Positions 1 through 9,790 of a stretch of DNA of 58,765 bases are shown piece by piece. Position numbers and translations under genes: made by a program. The notes under the pieces are model-generated. The model saw nothing but the letters and a program-made list of their open reading frames with translations. It was not told the origin of the DNA and did not search any database. Origin of the DNA: Candidatus Eiseniibacteriota bacterium (lineage in GTDB: Bacteria > Eisenbacteria > RBG-16-71-46 > DASYSL01); assembly GCA_031413115.1 (NCBI GenBank), contig JANOEH010000089.1:1-58765 (forward strand), written 5' to 3'. Every line of letters starts with the position of its first letter. Position 1 is the stretch's first letter.

Positions 1-33
1 GATGGCGAGCAGCAGGGGTGTGGCGGAACGCAT
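1..33 (-). CDS. 5' end of a gene running off the window (MRSATPLLLAI..., signal-peptide-like)
   Basis: Reverse strand reads GGAGG-TTTCC-ATG CGT TCC GCC ACA CCC CTG CTG CTC GCC ATC: a strong SD followed by a hydrophobic N-terminus. Confidence 0.6.
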   Translation of the reverse strand, partial: MRSATPLLLAI

Positions 34-378
34 GGAAACCTCCGAATGACAACCGTGGGGCACGGCTCAGCGCAGCCCGGGAGCAGGCATGGAGTATGGA
101 GGGGGGAGAAGGCGCAGGGGGATTACGCTTTGGCGATGGCCACTGCAAGAGTTCTGGCCCGCAAGCGTTGATTTGGATGGCGCTGGCCGCGTCTCCCATC
201 CTTCCGACCCGGCCTCAAGGGATTCGCGCCATCCTTGTGGGACAACACTTTAGTGGGCGTTCGGTCCGAGTGCAGCGGCGTTTGCTGATGTGGGGTTTCC
301 TGCGTCGTCTCACGGGTGTACCGTAGGTGCCCCCCCGTTGGGCACGCGTTACAACCCCGCCCGCTCCCGGAGGATTCC

Positions 379-1014
379 ATGGACCTGGTTACGAAGATTC
401 GTTTCCGTAGTGCGCTCGGCATCGTCGCGCTCCTGCTCGTTGCTCCGCGTGTGGAGGCCGAAGAGGTCACGCACCGGTTCACCGGTGCGCTCACGACGGT
501 CACCAACGGCTCCGGCCTCACGGCCGATCTCACCGGCCTGTTCTCGCTGGGCGAGGCGGTGACGTTCGAGTACACGATCGAGCGCAATACGACGGGCGTC
601 CCGCAGGACGCCTACGTCACCGGCTACCAGGACGCGCTCACGGCGTTCGCGTTCTCCATCGGGAGCTATGCGGGCTCCGGTACGCCGACATACTCGCTCA
701 CCACGGTGACCAACAATGCGCCGTACGATCAGTACTCGGCGCAGGTGCAGGGTGGCATCACGACCCCGCCCCTCGGCAACACCATGATGCAGTCGCTGAC
801 GTACACGCTCGACGACGTACAGGGGACGGTGTTCGGGTCGCAGGCGATCCCGCGGGAGTTCCCGGAGCTGAGCGTGTTCGAGGGCAAGACCTTCACGGTC
901 CTGTTCTTCGACTTCACGCAGCTCAGGTCCGGATACGTGATGGCGACGCTCGCGGGGGTGTCGACGCCGGCCGTGCCGTCGACCTGGGGTGGCGTAAAGG
1001 CGCTCTACCGATAG
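379..1014 (+). CDS. Secreted beta-rich hypothetical protein with C-terminal TWG-tail motif
   Basis: GGAGG SD before ATG 379; signal peptide (SALGIVALLLVAPRVEA); T/S/G/F-rich body; ends TPAVPSTWGGVKALYR. Confidence 0.85.
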   Translation: MDLVTKIRFRSALGIVALLLVAPRVEAEEVTHRFTGALTTVTNGSGLTADLTGLFSLGEAVTFEYTIERNTTGVPQDAYVTGYQDALTAFAFSIGSYAGSGTPTYSLTTVTNNAPYDQYSAQVQGGITTPPLGNTMMQSLTYTLDDVQGTVFGSQAIPREFPELSVFEGKTFTVLFFDFTQLRSGYVMATLAGVSTPAVPSTWGGVKALYR

Positions 1015-1022
1015 GTCACGAC

Positions 1023-4000
1023 TCACCACCCCCCGAGCCGCACGAAGCGCGCAGTCTCTTGCTCACCCTCGGCGGCGAGGCGCACGAAGTAAATCCCTGC
1101 GGGCGCTGCGCGCCCGGAGCTATCGCGACCGTCCCAGGCGAGCGTGGTCTCTCCCCCCGCCGCTTCTCCATCGAAGAGCCGGCGTACCCGTGTGCCGCGC
1201 ACGTCGTGGATGTCGAGTCGCACGCGCGCCGCGTGTGGCAGCGAGAACGCGATGCGCGACGCGGTTGTTCCGCCGGCTGGGCTCGGCGCCACGGCACGCA
1301 GGCTCGGCCGATCCCTCCGTGCGGGCTCGAACGGTTCCACCGACACCGCGGTCCCGGCGAAGCGGAAGTCGTGCTCTCCCATGGAGCGTGCGTCGACGGC
1401 GACCCACGGTGAGCGCTGGAAGTAGGGCGAGCGCGTGTACTGCCGCGCACGCACGTGGAACGCGGTCTCCGGCTGCAGAATGTCGAGCTCCTCGACCAAG
1501 GCACCCTGGTCCACCGGATTGCCGGCCTCGAGCGTGTGCGGCCCGGTGATCGTCGGCACGCCGGTGAAGACCTCGTTCTGGGTGCGAACCTCGAACTGGA
1601 GGCCCATGCGCGTGCGACCCATCGGGGCGTGCGGGAAGAGGCCGGCCCGCACCGCGTGATCGCTCGTGTTCCGCGCCGGCGAGTGGAGCACGCGACCGTC
1701 CAGCGGATCGATCAACAGGAGCTGGTGCCGGCGACCGCGCCCTCCGCCGCCGAGCCCGACGAAGACGCGACCCGCGCCGGGCGCGCCGACGATCCAGTCG
1801 GCGAACCCGTCGGCGTTGACGTCGGCCAGCGGCGCGAGGCTCCCTCCCATCTCGGCGCCGAACAGGTTCGGCTCGAGCGTGACGGTCGGCTGCGTTTCGG
1901 GCAGGAGGAGCGCGCCGAAGTACAGGTAGGCGCGGCCCTCGTCGGTCTGCCCGCCGTCGAAGCCCGGCTGGCCGATCGCGAACTCGCCGAAACCGTCGCC
2001 GTCGATGTCGCCGCCGCCCGCCATCGTCTCGCCCATGCGCCCGCCGTCCTGCGTGCCGGCGTAGATCTTGAGCGGAGCGCGGGATTGCGAGCGTCCCAGG
2101 CTCCCGGCGTAGACGCGCGCGACGCCCTTGTTGTCCTCGAGCGGAGCGCCGACGCCGAGATCAGACACGCCGTCGCCGTTGACGTCGCCGAGCGCCGCCA
2201 CGGCCGCGCCGAACGTGACGGTCGTCGAGGTGAGGACGAATCCGGGAGCGTTTGCCGGACCACTCGGGCTGCCGTAGTGGACCTGCACCCTCCCATCGAG
2301 TTGCGGTCCGCCGAATGGCGAGGTCGAGCCGATCGCGACGTCGGTCCAGCCGTCGCCGTCGAAGTCGAGCAGCGCGACGCCGGCGCCCAGACCCTGGCCC
2401 GCCTCGCTGCCCTCGATCGTCCACGGGGCCGGCGGTGTGGGGCCGCCGAAGACGACCCATGCCTTGCCGGCGTTCGACAGCGTCGCCGTGTCCGCCTCGC
2501 GCGCGCCGATCTGCACGTCGTGGTAGCCGTCTCCGTTGACGTCGCCGCGGCCGGCCAGGGCGCTGCCCACACGGTCGAAGTCGCGTGTGCCCGCCAGCAG
2601 CGGGACCGGTGCTGCAGGCGTCGTCTCCGTGCCGCGCACCAGGTCGACGCGCCCGACCTGGGAGATCGGGTTCTGGAACGTTCCCCCATTGATCCCCGGC
2701 GACGACACGACGTAGTCGCCGAAGCCGTCGCCGTCGAAGTCGCCGGCGTCGGCCACGCGGGTTCCCAGGGCCTGCGCGTTCACGTTGCTCGTGACCGCGT
2801 GTCGGATCGTGGTCGAGAGTCCGGCCACGCCACCGCCCTCGTACTCGGTGACGCGTCCGAAGCCGTCGAACTGCGGGTCGCCGATCACGAGCCGCGGCAA
2901 CGCGAGAATGCTGCGGATCTGGACGATCGCCAGCGAGTTGCCGAAGCGCGTCCCGAGCTGCGGTCCGATCAGCGGCCAGCCCGTCGCGGTGCCGAGAACT
3001 CGCTGCAGCCGGCCGCGCAGGTCGATGCGGCCCGCGAAGTCTCCGCCGGCAGTGAAGTCGGAGACGAGGATCTCGCCGATGCCGTCCCCGTCGACGTCGC
3101 CGGATGGGCCGATCGACCCGGCGAATTGGCCCCCGCCCGGTGGCGAGATGAGCTCCCCCAGCTGGACGAACGCGGGGCCGCCGCCGAACACGATGGCGTG
3201 CCCGTTGTTCGTCGGGGGGTTCCGGCCGCTGACCGCGAACTCGGAGTAGCCGTCGCCGTCGGTGTCGCCGAGCGTGGCGACAACGAGCCCGTAGCGTTCC
3301 AGCGCCACGGGGTTCGGGTTGTTCAGTTGCGTGCGCGAGCCGGCTCCGTCCGGGCCCCCGAAGGCGATGTCGGCGCGACCGACCGCCACACCGTTGCCGG
3401 GCGAGCCGAACAGGACATCGGCGTAGCCGTCCCCGTTCACGTCGCCGGCCGTCGACACGGAAACGCCGCAGAACGCATCGATGCTCAGCCCCGGGAACTC
3501 CACGTTCTGGACCGCCTCGATCCCCGTCGCCGAGCCATGGAAGATTCGCACGATCCCGCCGCGGAGAAACGGTGAGTCCGCCTCGGGGGCGCTGATGATG
3601 ACGTCGTCGAAGCCATCGCCATTCACGTCGCCCGCCGTGGCAGCCTTCTCGCCGAACCGGGTCGAGGCCGCCGGGCCGATGAGCGTTCGCGCAGGAGCGG
3701 CCGCCAGGCCCGCCGGACCGCCGTGATAGATGTACGCCGCACCGCGCCGCTGAATGCCGCCCTCCACGTAGAGCGAGGTCGACACGACGACGTCGGCGAA
3801 GCCGTCGCCGTTGACGTCCCCGGCGAAGTCCGCACAGTTGCCGAACAATTGTGTGTCCGCCGGCGACGGCGGGAGGAGCTCGTAGTTCGGCGCCGCCGGG
3901 AGTCCCGCGGGTCCGCCGTGGAAGATCGCGACGCGGCCGGCGCTGGGATGATTGAGGAAGGTCGCGAAAGGGAGGGTCAACAGGATGTCGCCGTAGCCGT

Positions 4001-4367
4001 CGCCGTTGACGTCCCCGGCAGGGCGGACGAAACGCGTGTCCGCGGGGCCGGTGCTGAACGTCCAGGCGGGAACGAGCGAAGGGCCGTTCGGCCCGCCGAG
4101 GTACAACAGGGCCCGAACCTGCGCGGTGTCCTCGGTGGCCGTGCTGGCCACGACGTCCCCGTAGCCATCTCCGTTGACGTCCCCGGCGGGCGCGGCGCTG
4201 TAGCCGAGCCCCTGGCCGGGGCTCGTGCCGGACGGAGACCACGGCAGCGTGGGAAACACGTCGGCCAGTTCGCCGGCCCGGGACTCGCGCAGGCCCGGCA
4301 GTGCCAGGGCGAGGGCGACGCCGAAGGAGAGGAAGCCGGGTGCGATCGACGAGGTGGAACGATTCAT
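1023..4367 (-). CDS. Secreted FG-GAP (integrin-alpha-like) repeat protein with C-terminal FlgD-Ig/T9SS-like domain
   Basis: Many AGDVNGDGYxD repeats forming about two propellers; C-terminus RLDIHDVRGTRVRRL...AWDGRDSSGRAAPAGIYFVRL; GAGGT SD before ATG 4367. Confidence 0.9.
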   Translation of the reverse strand: MNRSTSSIAPGFLSFGVALALALPGLRESRAGELADVFPTLPWSPSGTSPGQGLGYSAAPAGDVNGDGYGDVVASTATEDTAQVRALLYLGGPNGPSLVPAWTFSTGPADTRFVRPAGDVNGDGYGDILLTLPFATFLNHPSAGRVAIFHGGPAGLPAAPNYELLPPSPADTQLFGNCADFAGDVNGDGFADVVVSTSLYVEGGIQRRGAAYIYHGGPAGLAAAPARTLIGPAASTRFGEKAATAGDVNGDGFDDVIISAPEADSPFLRGGIVRIFHGSATGIEAVQNVEFPGLSIDAFCGVSVSTAGDVNGDGYADVLFGSPGNGVAVGRADIAFGGPDGAGSRTQLNNPNPVALERYGLVVATLGDTDGDGYSEFAVSGRNPPTNNGHAIVFGGGPAFVQLGELISPPGGGQFAGSIGPSGDVDGDGIGEILVSDFTAGGDFAGRIDLRGRLQRVLGTATGWPLIGPQLGTRFGNSLAIVQIRSILALPRLVIGDPQFDGFGRVTEYEGGGVAGLSTTIRHAVTSNVNAQALGTRVADAGDFDGDGFGDYVVSSPGINGGTFQNPISQVGRVDLVRGTETTPAAPVPLLAGTRDFDRVGSALAGRGDVNGDGYHDVQIGAREADTATLSNAGKAWVVFGGPTPPAPWTIEGSEAGQGLGAGVALLDFDGDGWTDVAIGSTSPFGGPQLDGRVQVHYGSPSGPANAPGFVLTSTTVTFGAAVAALGDVNGDGVSDLGVGAPLEDNKGVARVYAGSLGRSQSRAPLKIYAGTQDGGRMGETMAGGGDIDGDGFGEFAIGQPGFDGGQTDEGRAYLYFGALLLPETQPTVTLEPNLFGAEMGGSLAPLADVNADGFADWIVGAPGAGRVFVGLGGGGRGRRHQLLLIDPLDGRVLHSPARNTSDHAVRAGLFPHAPMGRTRMGLQFEVRTQNEVFTGVPTITGPHTLEAGNPVDQGALVEELDILQPETAFHVRARQYTRSPYFQRSPWVAVDARSMGEHDFRFAGTAVSVEPFEPARRDRPSLRAVAPSPAGGTTASRIAFSLPHAARVRLDIHDVRGTRVRRLFDGEAAGGETTLAWDGRDSSGRAAPAGIYFVRLAAEGEQETARFVRLGGW

Positions 4368-4559
4368 GGCGACCTCGGAGGGGTCGTGGGGCCGGCAGGG
4401 GGAGGTGGATGAAGTTACACGAGCGGGGCGCCAGGCGCGAGTCATTTCCGGACTTAGGTGGTATGCCGTGATCATCCGCACGCGACGCGCTGGGTCCCAC
4501 GAACACGACGACCACGCCCGCGAGTCGAGCGTGGTCGTCAATCGTTCATGGCCTGTCGA

Positions 4560-5055
4560 CTATCGGTACAGCGACTTGACCGAGCCCCACGTGGTGGTTG
4601 CCGCGGGCACCGGCCCGCAGGCGTCGTCATGGAAACCGACTCCCGCGAACGTGTCGACGGCGAATCCATCCCATTCGATGGTCGGATCGAACACGTTCGA
4701 ACCGTCGATGTCGCCGTCGCAGACCGCGGGCTTCCGGCGCAGCGTGTTGTCCATCGTGCTCTGCAGGCCGGCGCCCCCCTCGGTCCCGGGGTCGAAGCCG
4801 ATCTGGCCGAAGACATCGACGATCGTGTTCGAGACACCCTTCACCAGGACGACGGCGTCGTCGCCGTTGAAGTTGAGACTGGCGCTCGTCAGATCGCCGA
4901 GCCCGAGAAGTGCCGGGGTCGCCGACGAGTGGACGACGACGTACTGGTCGTTGTCGAGCAGGATCCCCGTGAGCAGAATCGTGTCGTGGCCAGGACCGCA
5001 CCGTTGAAGTAGTGCTGGAGCTTGTACCCGCCCGCGGTCAGGTCGGCCGGGCGCC
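4560..5055 (-). pseudogene. 5'-truncated, frameshifted lamin-tail-domain (ExeM N-terminus-like) protein with TWG tail
   Basis: [21 protein letters not shown] in one frame continues as TILLTG...[28 protein letters not shown]...TLRRK...[16 protein letters not shown] in another; 1-nt deletion near 4984; no start codon or signal peptide. Confidence 0.7.
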
Positions 5056-5508
5056 CTACTCGCCGGGCGGCATGATCCGCGTCGAGTGCAGCAACGCCAC
5101 CCTCCACGCCTTCCCCACGCGCCTCAGGATCATGCTCTCGAGCCAATCCTTCTGGCGCACCCCCGCTCGGTCCTTGATCTCGGACTTGAGGAAGTAGACG
5201 GCGTAGGCCACGTCGCCTTGCACCTTCACGGAGCGAAAGTCGCAGGCGTCGGTGCGTCGATAGCTCGAGTCGGGCGGGCCCAACAACGCGATGTCTCCCG
5301 CCGCATCGAGCATGGTGCCGTGCTCGAGGAGCGCGTAGTCCTCGGTGAGCACGGCGCGATACGCCAGCGTGTCGCGCTGGGCATAGCTGGAGTAGTAGGC
5401 CTTCACGGTGGCCTTCACGGCGGCGACCTCATCGCGCGCAAGCGCCGGCTGCGCCTGGACGGGGACCACGAGCACGGCGCCGAGCAGGATCCAGTTTCGC
5501 AGACTCAT
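5056..5508 (-). CDS. Secreted NTF2-like / DUF4440-type protein
   Basis: GGAGG SD; signal peptide; SnoaL/NTF2 pattern (YRAVLTEDY...VQGDVAY...WRVALLHST). Confidence 0.8.
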   Translation of the reverse strand: MSLRNWILLGAVLVVPVQAQPALARDEVAAVKATVKAYYSSYAQRDTLAYRAVLTEDYALLEHGTMLDAAGDIALLGPPDSSYRRTDACDFRSVKVQGDVAYAVYFLKSEIKDRAGVRQKDWLESMILRRVGKAWRVALLHSTRIMPPGE

Positions 5509-5521
5509 CGTTCCTCCCACC

Positions 5522-8218
5522 TCAGCGCCCACCCTTCGCCACACTCTCCCGCTCCCAGTTCTGGACCAGCACCAGGTGTTGCGTGGACGGATCCCCGCCG
5601 CCGACGGGGCGCGTGAACAGGAGTCGCAGGCCATCCGCGGTCACGTCGAAGTCGGTCAGGTCGCGGCCACGGGTGTCGAACAGCGGCGTGATCGCTCCGA
5701 GCGGCGGATTCTGCGAGGGATCCACCCTCGCAGTGGCAATGCCGCGGTTGGTGGGCCCGCTGCCGGCGAGGAAGAACAGCTCTCCGCTGTCGCGCGCCCA
5801 GCGGGGCCGAAACCCGCCTCCGGAGCCGACCTGCCACTGCCCCTTGCCGTCGGGGAAGCGGGCCAGGAAGACGTCGACCTGGCCCAGGTTGTCGGTCTGG
5901 TACGCGACCAGCCGACCGTCGGGCGAGATGCGCGCGTCGGCGACGTTCGGCGCGGGGACCTGGGGCAGGAGCGGCTCGAGCGATCCGAGGCTACCGTCGG
6001 GGAGCACCGGGCCCAGCTTCAAGCTCCCGTGACCGCGCTCATCGACGATGCGGATCGCCGATCTCCCATCCGGAGCCAGCATCACGTTGCAGTTGAGGGA
6101 TACGATGGAGGCCGGCGGCGCGAACGGTCGCTGGCCGCCGGAGCCGTCGGCGTGAATGGACAACACGCGGCCCTGCATGCCGCCCTGCTCCAGCTCGATG
6201 TAGGCGATCGCGGACGAGGACGCCATCCACTCCGGAGACACTTCGCGGAGTGGGCCGAAGGTGAGGCGCGTCTCGGTGTCACTCGCCACGTCGAGAACCC
6301 AGACGTCCTCGTTGTCGCCATCGCTGGCCGTGAACGCGATGCGCCGGCCGTCGGGCGAAAGCCGGGCGCGACCGAGTCCGCGGTGCGGCTTGCCCAGCGC
6401 CGCGATGTCCTTCCCCGCGCGATCCACCCAGACCAGTTCCCGCGTGACGCTGTTCCCGGACCCTTCGACGTAGAGCAGGGAACCATCGTCGGCGGCGCTG
6501 ATCGTGACGGCCCCCGCCGCTACGAGGATCGGCGGACCGGTGGCGCGATGGTGCGCCAGGTCGAACGGCGCCGACCAGGCCCCCGGCGTCGCCCCGACGC
6601 GAAGGAACAGCAGGCGCCCGCTGGAGGTGAGGGTCGGCATGTCGTCCGGCGAGTTTCCGAACTCCCCTGGAATTCCGATCTGCCGCTTGCCGTCGAAGAT
6701 CGTGAGCGCGCGCTTCACCGTCCCGGCGCTGTCGCGCTCGCTCTTCCAGTGCGTCACGTAGAGCAGGTCCCCGTTCGGGAGCCAGGTCGGACAGTGAAAG
6801 TCGATCTGCGTGTCGGGGTCGATCTCGATCAGCACGCTCGGATTGCCGCCCAGCGCCGGAACCTGGTACATGCGATCCCGCCAGACCGAGAACGCGATCA
6901 CTCCCCGGGCGCTCCACGTCACGCCGATCAGCTTCCCCGTGGCCGGCACTTCGCACACCGCGCTCGGCGCACCGCCGGCCAGGCCGACCCGCCACAGTTG
7001 CTTGCGGTCGCCATACACGAGCTCCTGCGAGTTGGGCGACCACGCGAACGCCATCGGCTCCTGGAGGTCGGCCACCGCACGCGGCGCGAGCTGGTCGAGG
7101 TCGCGCACCCAGAGCTGGTTCGCGGATGCGTAGGCAAAGCGCGAGCCGTCGGGCGACAGGCGCGGCGTCACCGGCCAGTCGAACACCAGGTCCTTCGCCA
7201 GCAGGTCGAGCTTGCGCACCAGGCCGGTCCGCGTGCCGGGGCCCAGGCGCATCGTAGCGAAGACCGCGAGCGCGGCCACGGCCAGGACGGCCGCCGCCGC
7301 AAACCACCACGGCACGCCGCCGCTGCGGGTGCGCGCCGGGGCCGCCGAGTCCTCGGGTTGCGACGGCGCGGCCAGCAGGATGCGCGCCTCGCCGATGTCG
7401 CGCAGGCGCTCGCGCGCGTCCTTGCGCAGGCAGCGCTCGAGCAGCGCGCACACGCGCGCGGGCGTCGCGGCCGGCAGGCGGCTCCAGTCGGGCTCGGTCT
7501 TGAGGATGTGCGCGACCAGGTCCGACGACGTCTCGCCCGCGAACACTCGGCGACCGGTCAGGCACTCGAAGAGCACGCAGCCGAACGACCAGATGTCCGT
7601 GCGCTTGTCGACCGGCCGACCGCGCGCCTGCTCCGGGCTCATGTAGGCCGCGGTGCCCAGGACGATGCCTGCCTGCGTCGGGTTGTAGGTCATCGTGGGC
7701 GAGGCCGATGCCCCCGGATCGACGGCCGTGGGCTCGCTGGCTCCGGACTTGGCGAGACCGAAGTCGAGCACCTTGACCGCGCCCACCGGCGTGAGCATTA
7801 CGTTCGCAGGCTTGAGGTCCCGGTGGACGACCCCGTTCTCGTGCGCCGCCTCGACGCCCGTCGCGATCTGCCGCGCGATGTCGATCGCCTCGTCGACGGG
7901 CAACGGCCCGCGGACGAGCCGATCGGCCAGCGTCTCGCCCTCGACGAGTTCGAGCACGAGGTAGCGCGCGCCGTCAACCTCCTCGAGTCCGTGAATGCCG
8001 GCGATGTTGGGATGCGACAGCGAGGCCAGCAACCGCGCCTCGCGCTCGAAGCGGGCAAGACGCTCGGGGTCGCGCGAGAACTCGGCGGGCAACGCCTTGA
8101 TCGCAACGTCGCGCCCCAGGCGCGGATCGCGGGCGCGATACACCTCGCCCATTCCGCCAGCGCCGAGCGGGGCGACGATCTCGTACGGGCCGACACGGGT
8201 TCCGGCGGAGAGCGGCAT
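5522..8218 (-). CDS. Hanks-type Ser/Thr protein kinase with TM helix and TolB/PD40-like beta-propellers
   Basis: LGAGGMGEVY, VAIK, HRDLKPAN, DFG, GTAAYMSPEQ, DIWSFG; TM VPWWFAAAAVLAVAALAVF; SPDG repeats. Confidence 0.95.
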   Translation of the reverse strand: MPLSAGTRVGPYEIVAPLGAGGMGEVYRARDPRLGRDVAIKALPAEFSRDPERLARFEREARLLASLSHPNIAGIHGLEEVDGARYLVLELVEGETLADRLVRGPLPVDEAIDIARQIATGVEAAHENGVVHRDLKPANVMLTPVGAVKVLDFGLAKSGASEPTAVDPGASASPTMTYNPTQAGIVLGTAAYMSPEQARGRPVDKRTDIWSFGCVLFECLTGRRVFAGETSSDLVAHILKTEPDWSRLPAATPARVCALLERCLRKDARERLRDIGEARILLAAPSQPEDSAAPARTRSGGVPWWFAAAAVLAVAALAVFATMRLGPGTRTGLVRKLDLLAKDLVFDWPVTPRLSPDGSRFAYASANQLWVRDLDQLAPRAVADLQEPMAFAWSPNSQELVYGDRKQLWRVGLAGGAPSAVCEVPATGKLIGVTWSARGVIAFSVWRDRMYQVPALGGNPSVLIEIDPDTQIDFHCPTWLPNGDLLYVTHWKSERDSAGTVKRALTIFDGKRQIGIPGEFGNSPDDMPTLTSSGRLLFLRVGATPGAWSAPFDLAHHRATGPPILVAAGAVTISAADDGSLLYVEGSGNSVTRELVWVDRAGKDIAALGKPHRGLGRARLSPDGRRIAFTASDGDNEDVWVLDVASDTETRLTFGPLREVSPEWMASSSAIAYIELEQGGMQGRVLSIHADGSGGQRPFAPPASIVSLNCNVMLAPDGRSAIRIVDERGHGSLKLGPVLPDGSLGSLEPLLPQVPAPNVADARISPDGRLVAYQTDNLGQVDVFLARFPDGKGQWQVGSGGGFRPRWARDSGELFFLAGSGPTNRGIATARVDPSQNPPLGAITPLFDTRGRDLTDFDVTADGLRLLFTRPVGGGDPSTQHLVLVQNWERESVAKGGR

Positions 8219-8288
8219 GCGGGGAATCTAGCCTATCCGGCGGATCACTGCATGGAGGCGTCGAGTCCTCCTGCGACTCCGACATCAA

Positions 8289-8316
8289 GGGCCGCCTCCC
8301 CGAGGGGAAGCGGCCC
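8289..8316 (-). terminator. Hairpin, putative intrinsic terminator of 8348..9145
   Basis: Minus strand GGGCCGCTTCCCC-TC-GGGGAGGCGGCCC followed by TTGAT. Confidence 0.6.
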
Positions 8317-8347
8317 GTTGTTGAGACGCCTGCGATAATGCGATCGA

Positions 8348-9145
8348 CTAGTTCTTGTACTGCGACTTCACGCGGCCCCAGCTCGTCTGATTGACCGGGA
8401 CCGGCGCATCGACGGTGAACTCCCAGCCGAAGCTGGCCGGCGGGGCGCCGCCCAGGTTGCCCAGGGAACCCGCCGGGTTGGCCAGGTTGAAGAGGCTGCC
8501 AGCGCCCGTCGAGACCCAGAACTGGTCGCCGCTGCTGCCGATATCCGCCGGGTCGAAGATGCCCTGGCCAATCAGGTCGAGCTGCGCCGCCGTGGCCCCG
8601 GTGGCCCCGTTGTTGTTGTCGAACGTGATGCCGGCCCAGAACGGCACACCAGGCATGAAGAACTGGCCGGGAGCGAGGGTGGCGGTGACGACCGTCACGC
8701 CGGGTCCAATGGCGATCGGGTTGAACGAGAAGCCGACTGCCGCGGGCAGGTTGTAGTAGGTGCCCGGCGCACCGCCGGCACCGTCGGCGAACCAGAAGCG
8801 GACGCGCGGACGAGTGCTCACGGTCGTCTGGTTGAAGTTGGCCATGCTGAACTTGAACTGCGTGATCGACAATCCAGCATGGACGCCGGTGGGCGTCACG
8901 TCATCGGCAACGAGGCGGGTGATGGTGTTCGCGCCCTGCAGCGCGGACCCGCCGTTGACGAAACCCTGGCCGAGGAAGCTGCTCACGTTCGAGTAGTCCG
9001 AGACCAACACCGCGGGCTCCATCGTCCCGGGCGTGCCGATCGCGAACTCTTCGACGATCTGAAGATTGCCGCCGAAGAACTCGTCGGCCCGAACCGGGGC
9101 GACGGCGACGGCGGTAAACACGATAGCGAGTAGAAGATTGCGCAC
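8348..9145 (-). CDS. Secreted hypothetical protein with TWG-tail motif
   Basis: GGAGGAGG SD, GTG start; signal peptide ending VRA; G/A/T/F-rich body; ends VPVNQTSWGRVKSQYKN. Confidence 0.85.
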   Translation of the reverse strand: MRNLLLAIVFTAVAVAPVRADEFFGGNLQIVEEFAIGTPGTMEPAVLVSDYSNVSSFLGQGFVNGGSALQGANTITRLVADDVTPTGVHAGLSITQFKFSMANFNQTTVSTRPRVRFWFADGAGGAPGTYYNLPAAVGFSFNPIAIGPGVTVVTATLAPGQFFMPGVPFWAGITFDNNNGATGATAAQLDLIGQGIFDPADIGSSGDQFWVSTGAGSLFNLANPAGSLGNLGGAPPASFGWEFTVDAPVPVNQTSWGRVKSQYKN

Positions 9146-9304
9146 TTGGATGCCTCCTCCATGACGATGGAATGCTTCGGATCAGCGGCTGGTGCGGATC
9201 GGCGTGGACAATCGGGGGCGTGGTGCCTGCCCCTCCGGGAGACGGCCAGTCGCACAGCAGCAGCGATTTTGCGCGCGAATACCCACTCTGGCAAGGGCTT
9301 TCTG

Positions 9305-9682
9305 TCAGACGTGCTGGTCCACCAGCACCGGGTTCCCGTCGGGATCGACCGCGATGAAACTGGCGGGCCCGGTCGTCGTCTCGTCGGCCTCGCTGGTGAA
9401 GGCGATGCCCTGAGCCTTCAGCGTGCGCTGCAGCTCGCGGACGTCGGTGAAAGCGGCGAGCTTCTGCGCGTCCTGGTCCCAGCCGGGATTGAAGGTGAGC
9501 ATGTTCTTCTCGAACATGCCCTGGAACAGGCCGATGATGTGGTCGCCGTTCTTGAGGATCAGCCAGTTCTGTGCGGCGTTCCCAGCGAAGCTCTTGAAGC
9601 CGAACTTCTCGTAGAACGCCCGGGATGCCGCGAGGTCCTTGACGGTGAGGCTGATCGAAAACGCACCGAGTTCCATGCTCAT
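9305..9682 (-). CDS. VOC/glyoxalase family protein
   Basis: [27 protein letters not shown]...[20 protein letters not shown]; GAGGAG SD. Confidence 0.9.
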   Translation of the reverse strand: MSMELGAFSISLTVKDLAASRAFYEKFGFKSFAGNAAQNWLILKNGDHIIGLFQGMFEKNMLTFNPGWDQDAQKLAAFTDVRELQRTLKAQGIAFTSEADETTTGPASFIAVDPDGNPVLVDQHV

Positions 9683-9715
9683 GTCTCCTCTCGCAGGACG
9701 GAAGTGTCGAGCCGC

Positions 9716-9753
9716 GTTGCGGGGGCAGTTGCGGGGGCAGTTGCGGGGGCAGT
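9716..9753. repeat. Tandem repeat (GTTGCGGGGGCA)x3 in a divergent intergenic region
   Basis: Three exact 12-bp units at 9716, 9728 and 9740, plus a trailing GT. Confidence 0.9.
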
Positions 9754-9790
9754 GTAGCCCCCGGCGGAAAATGCGACTACCATGCGGGCC

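Noticed and set aside
4560-5146. Programmed frameshift joining ORF 4889..5146 to the lamin-tail frame
   Set aside because: There is no slippery sequence, and the upstream part overlaps another gene without a signal peptide. Decay or a sequencing error is simpler.
5408-8338. 976-aa plus-strand ORF, and similar long ORFs such as 1455..3575, 14468..16471, 20079..23333, 40978..43713 and 44610..46745
   Set aside because: They are antisense shadows of clear genes. They are R/A/G-rich with no motifs, as expected from stop-codon scarcity at high GC.
9716-9753. Possible CRISPR array or G-quadruplex
   Set aside because: There are no spacers or cas genes, and only three G-tracts.
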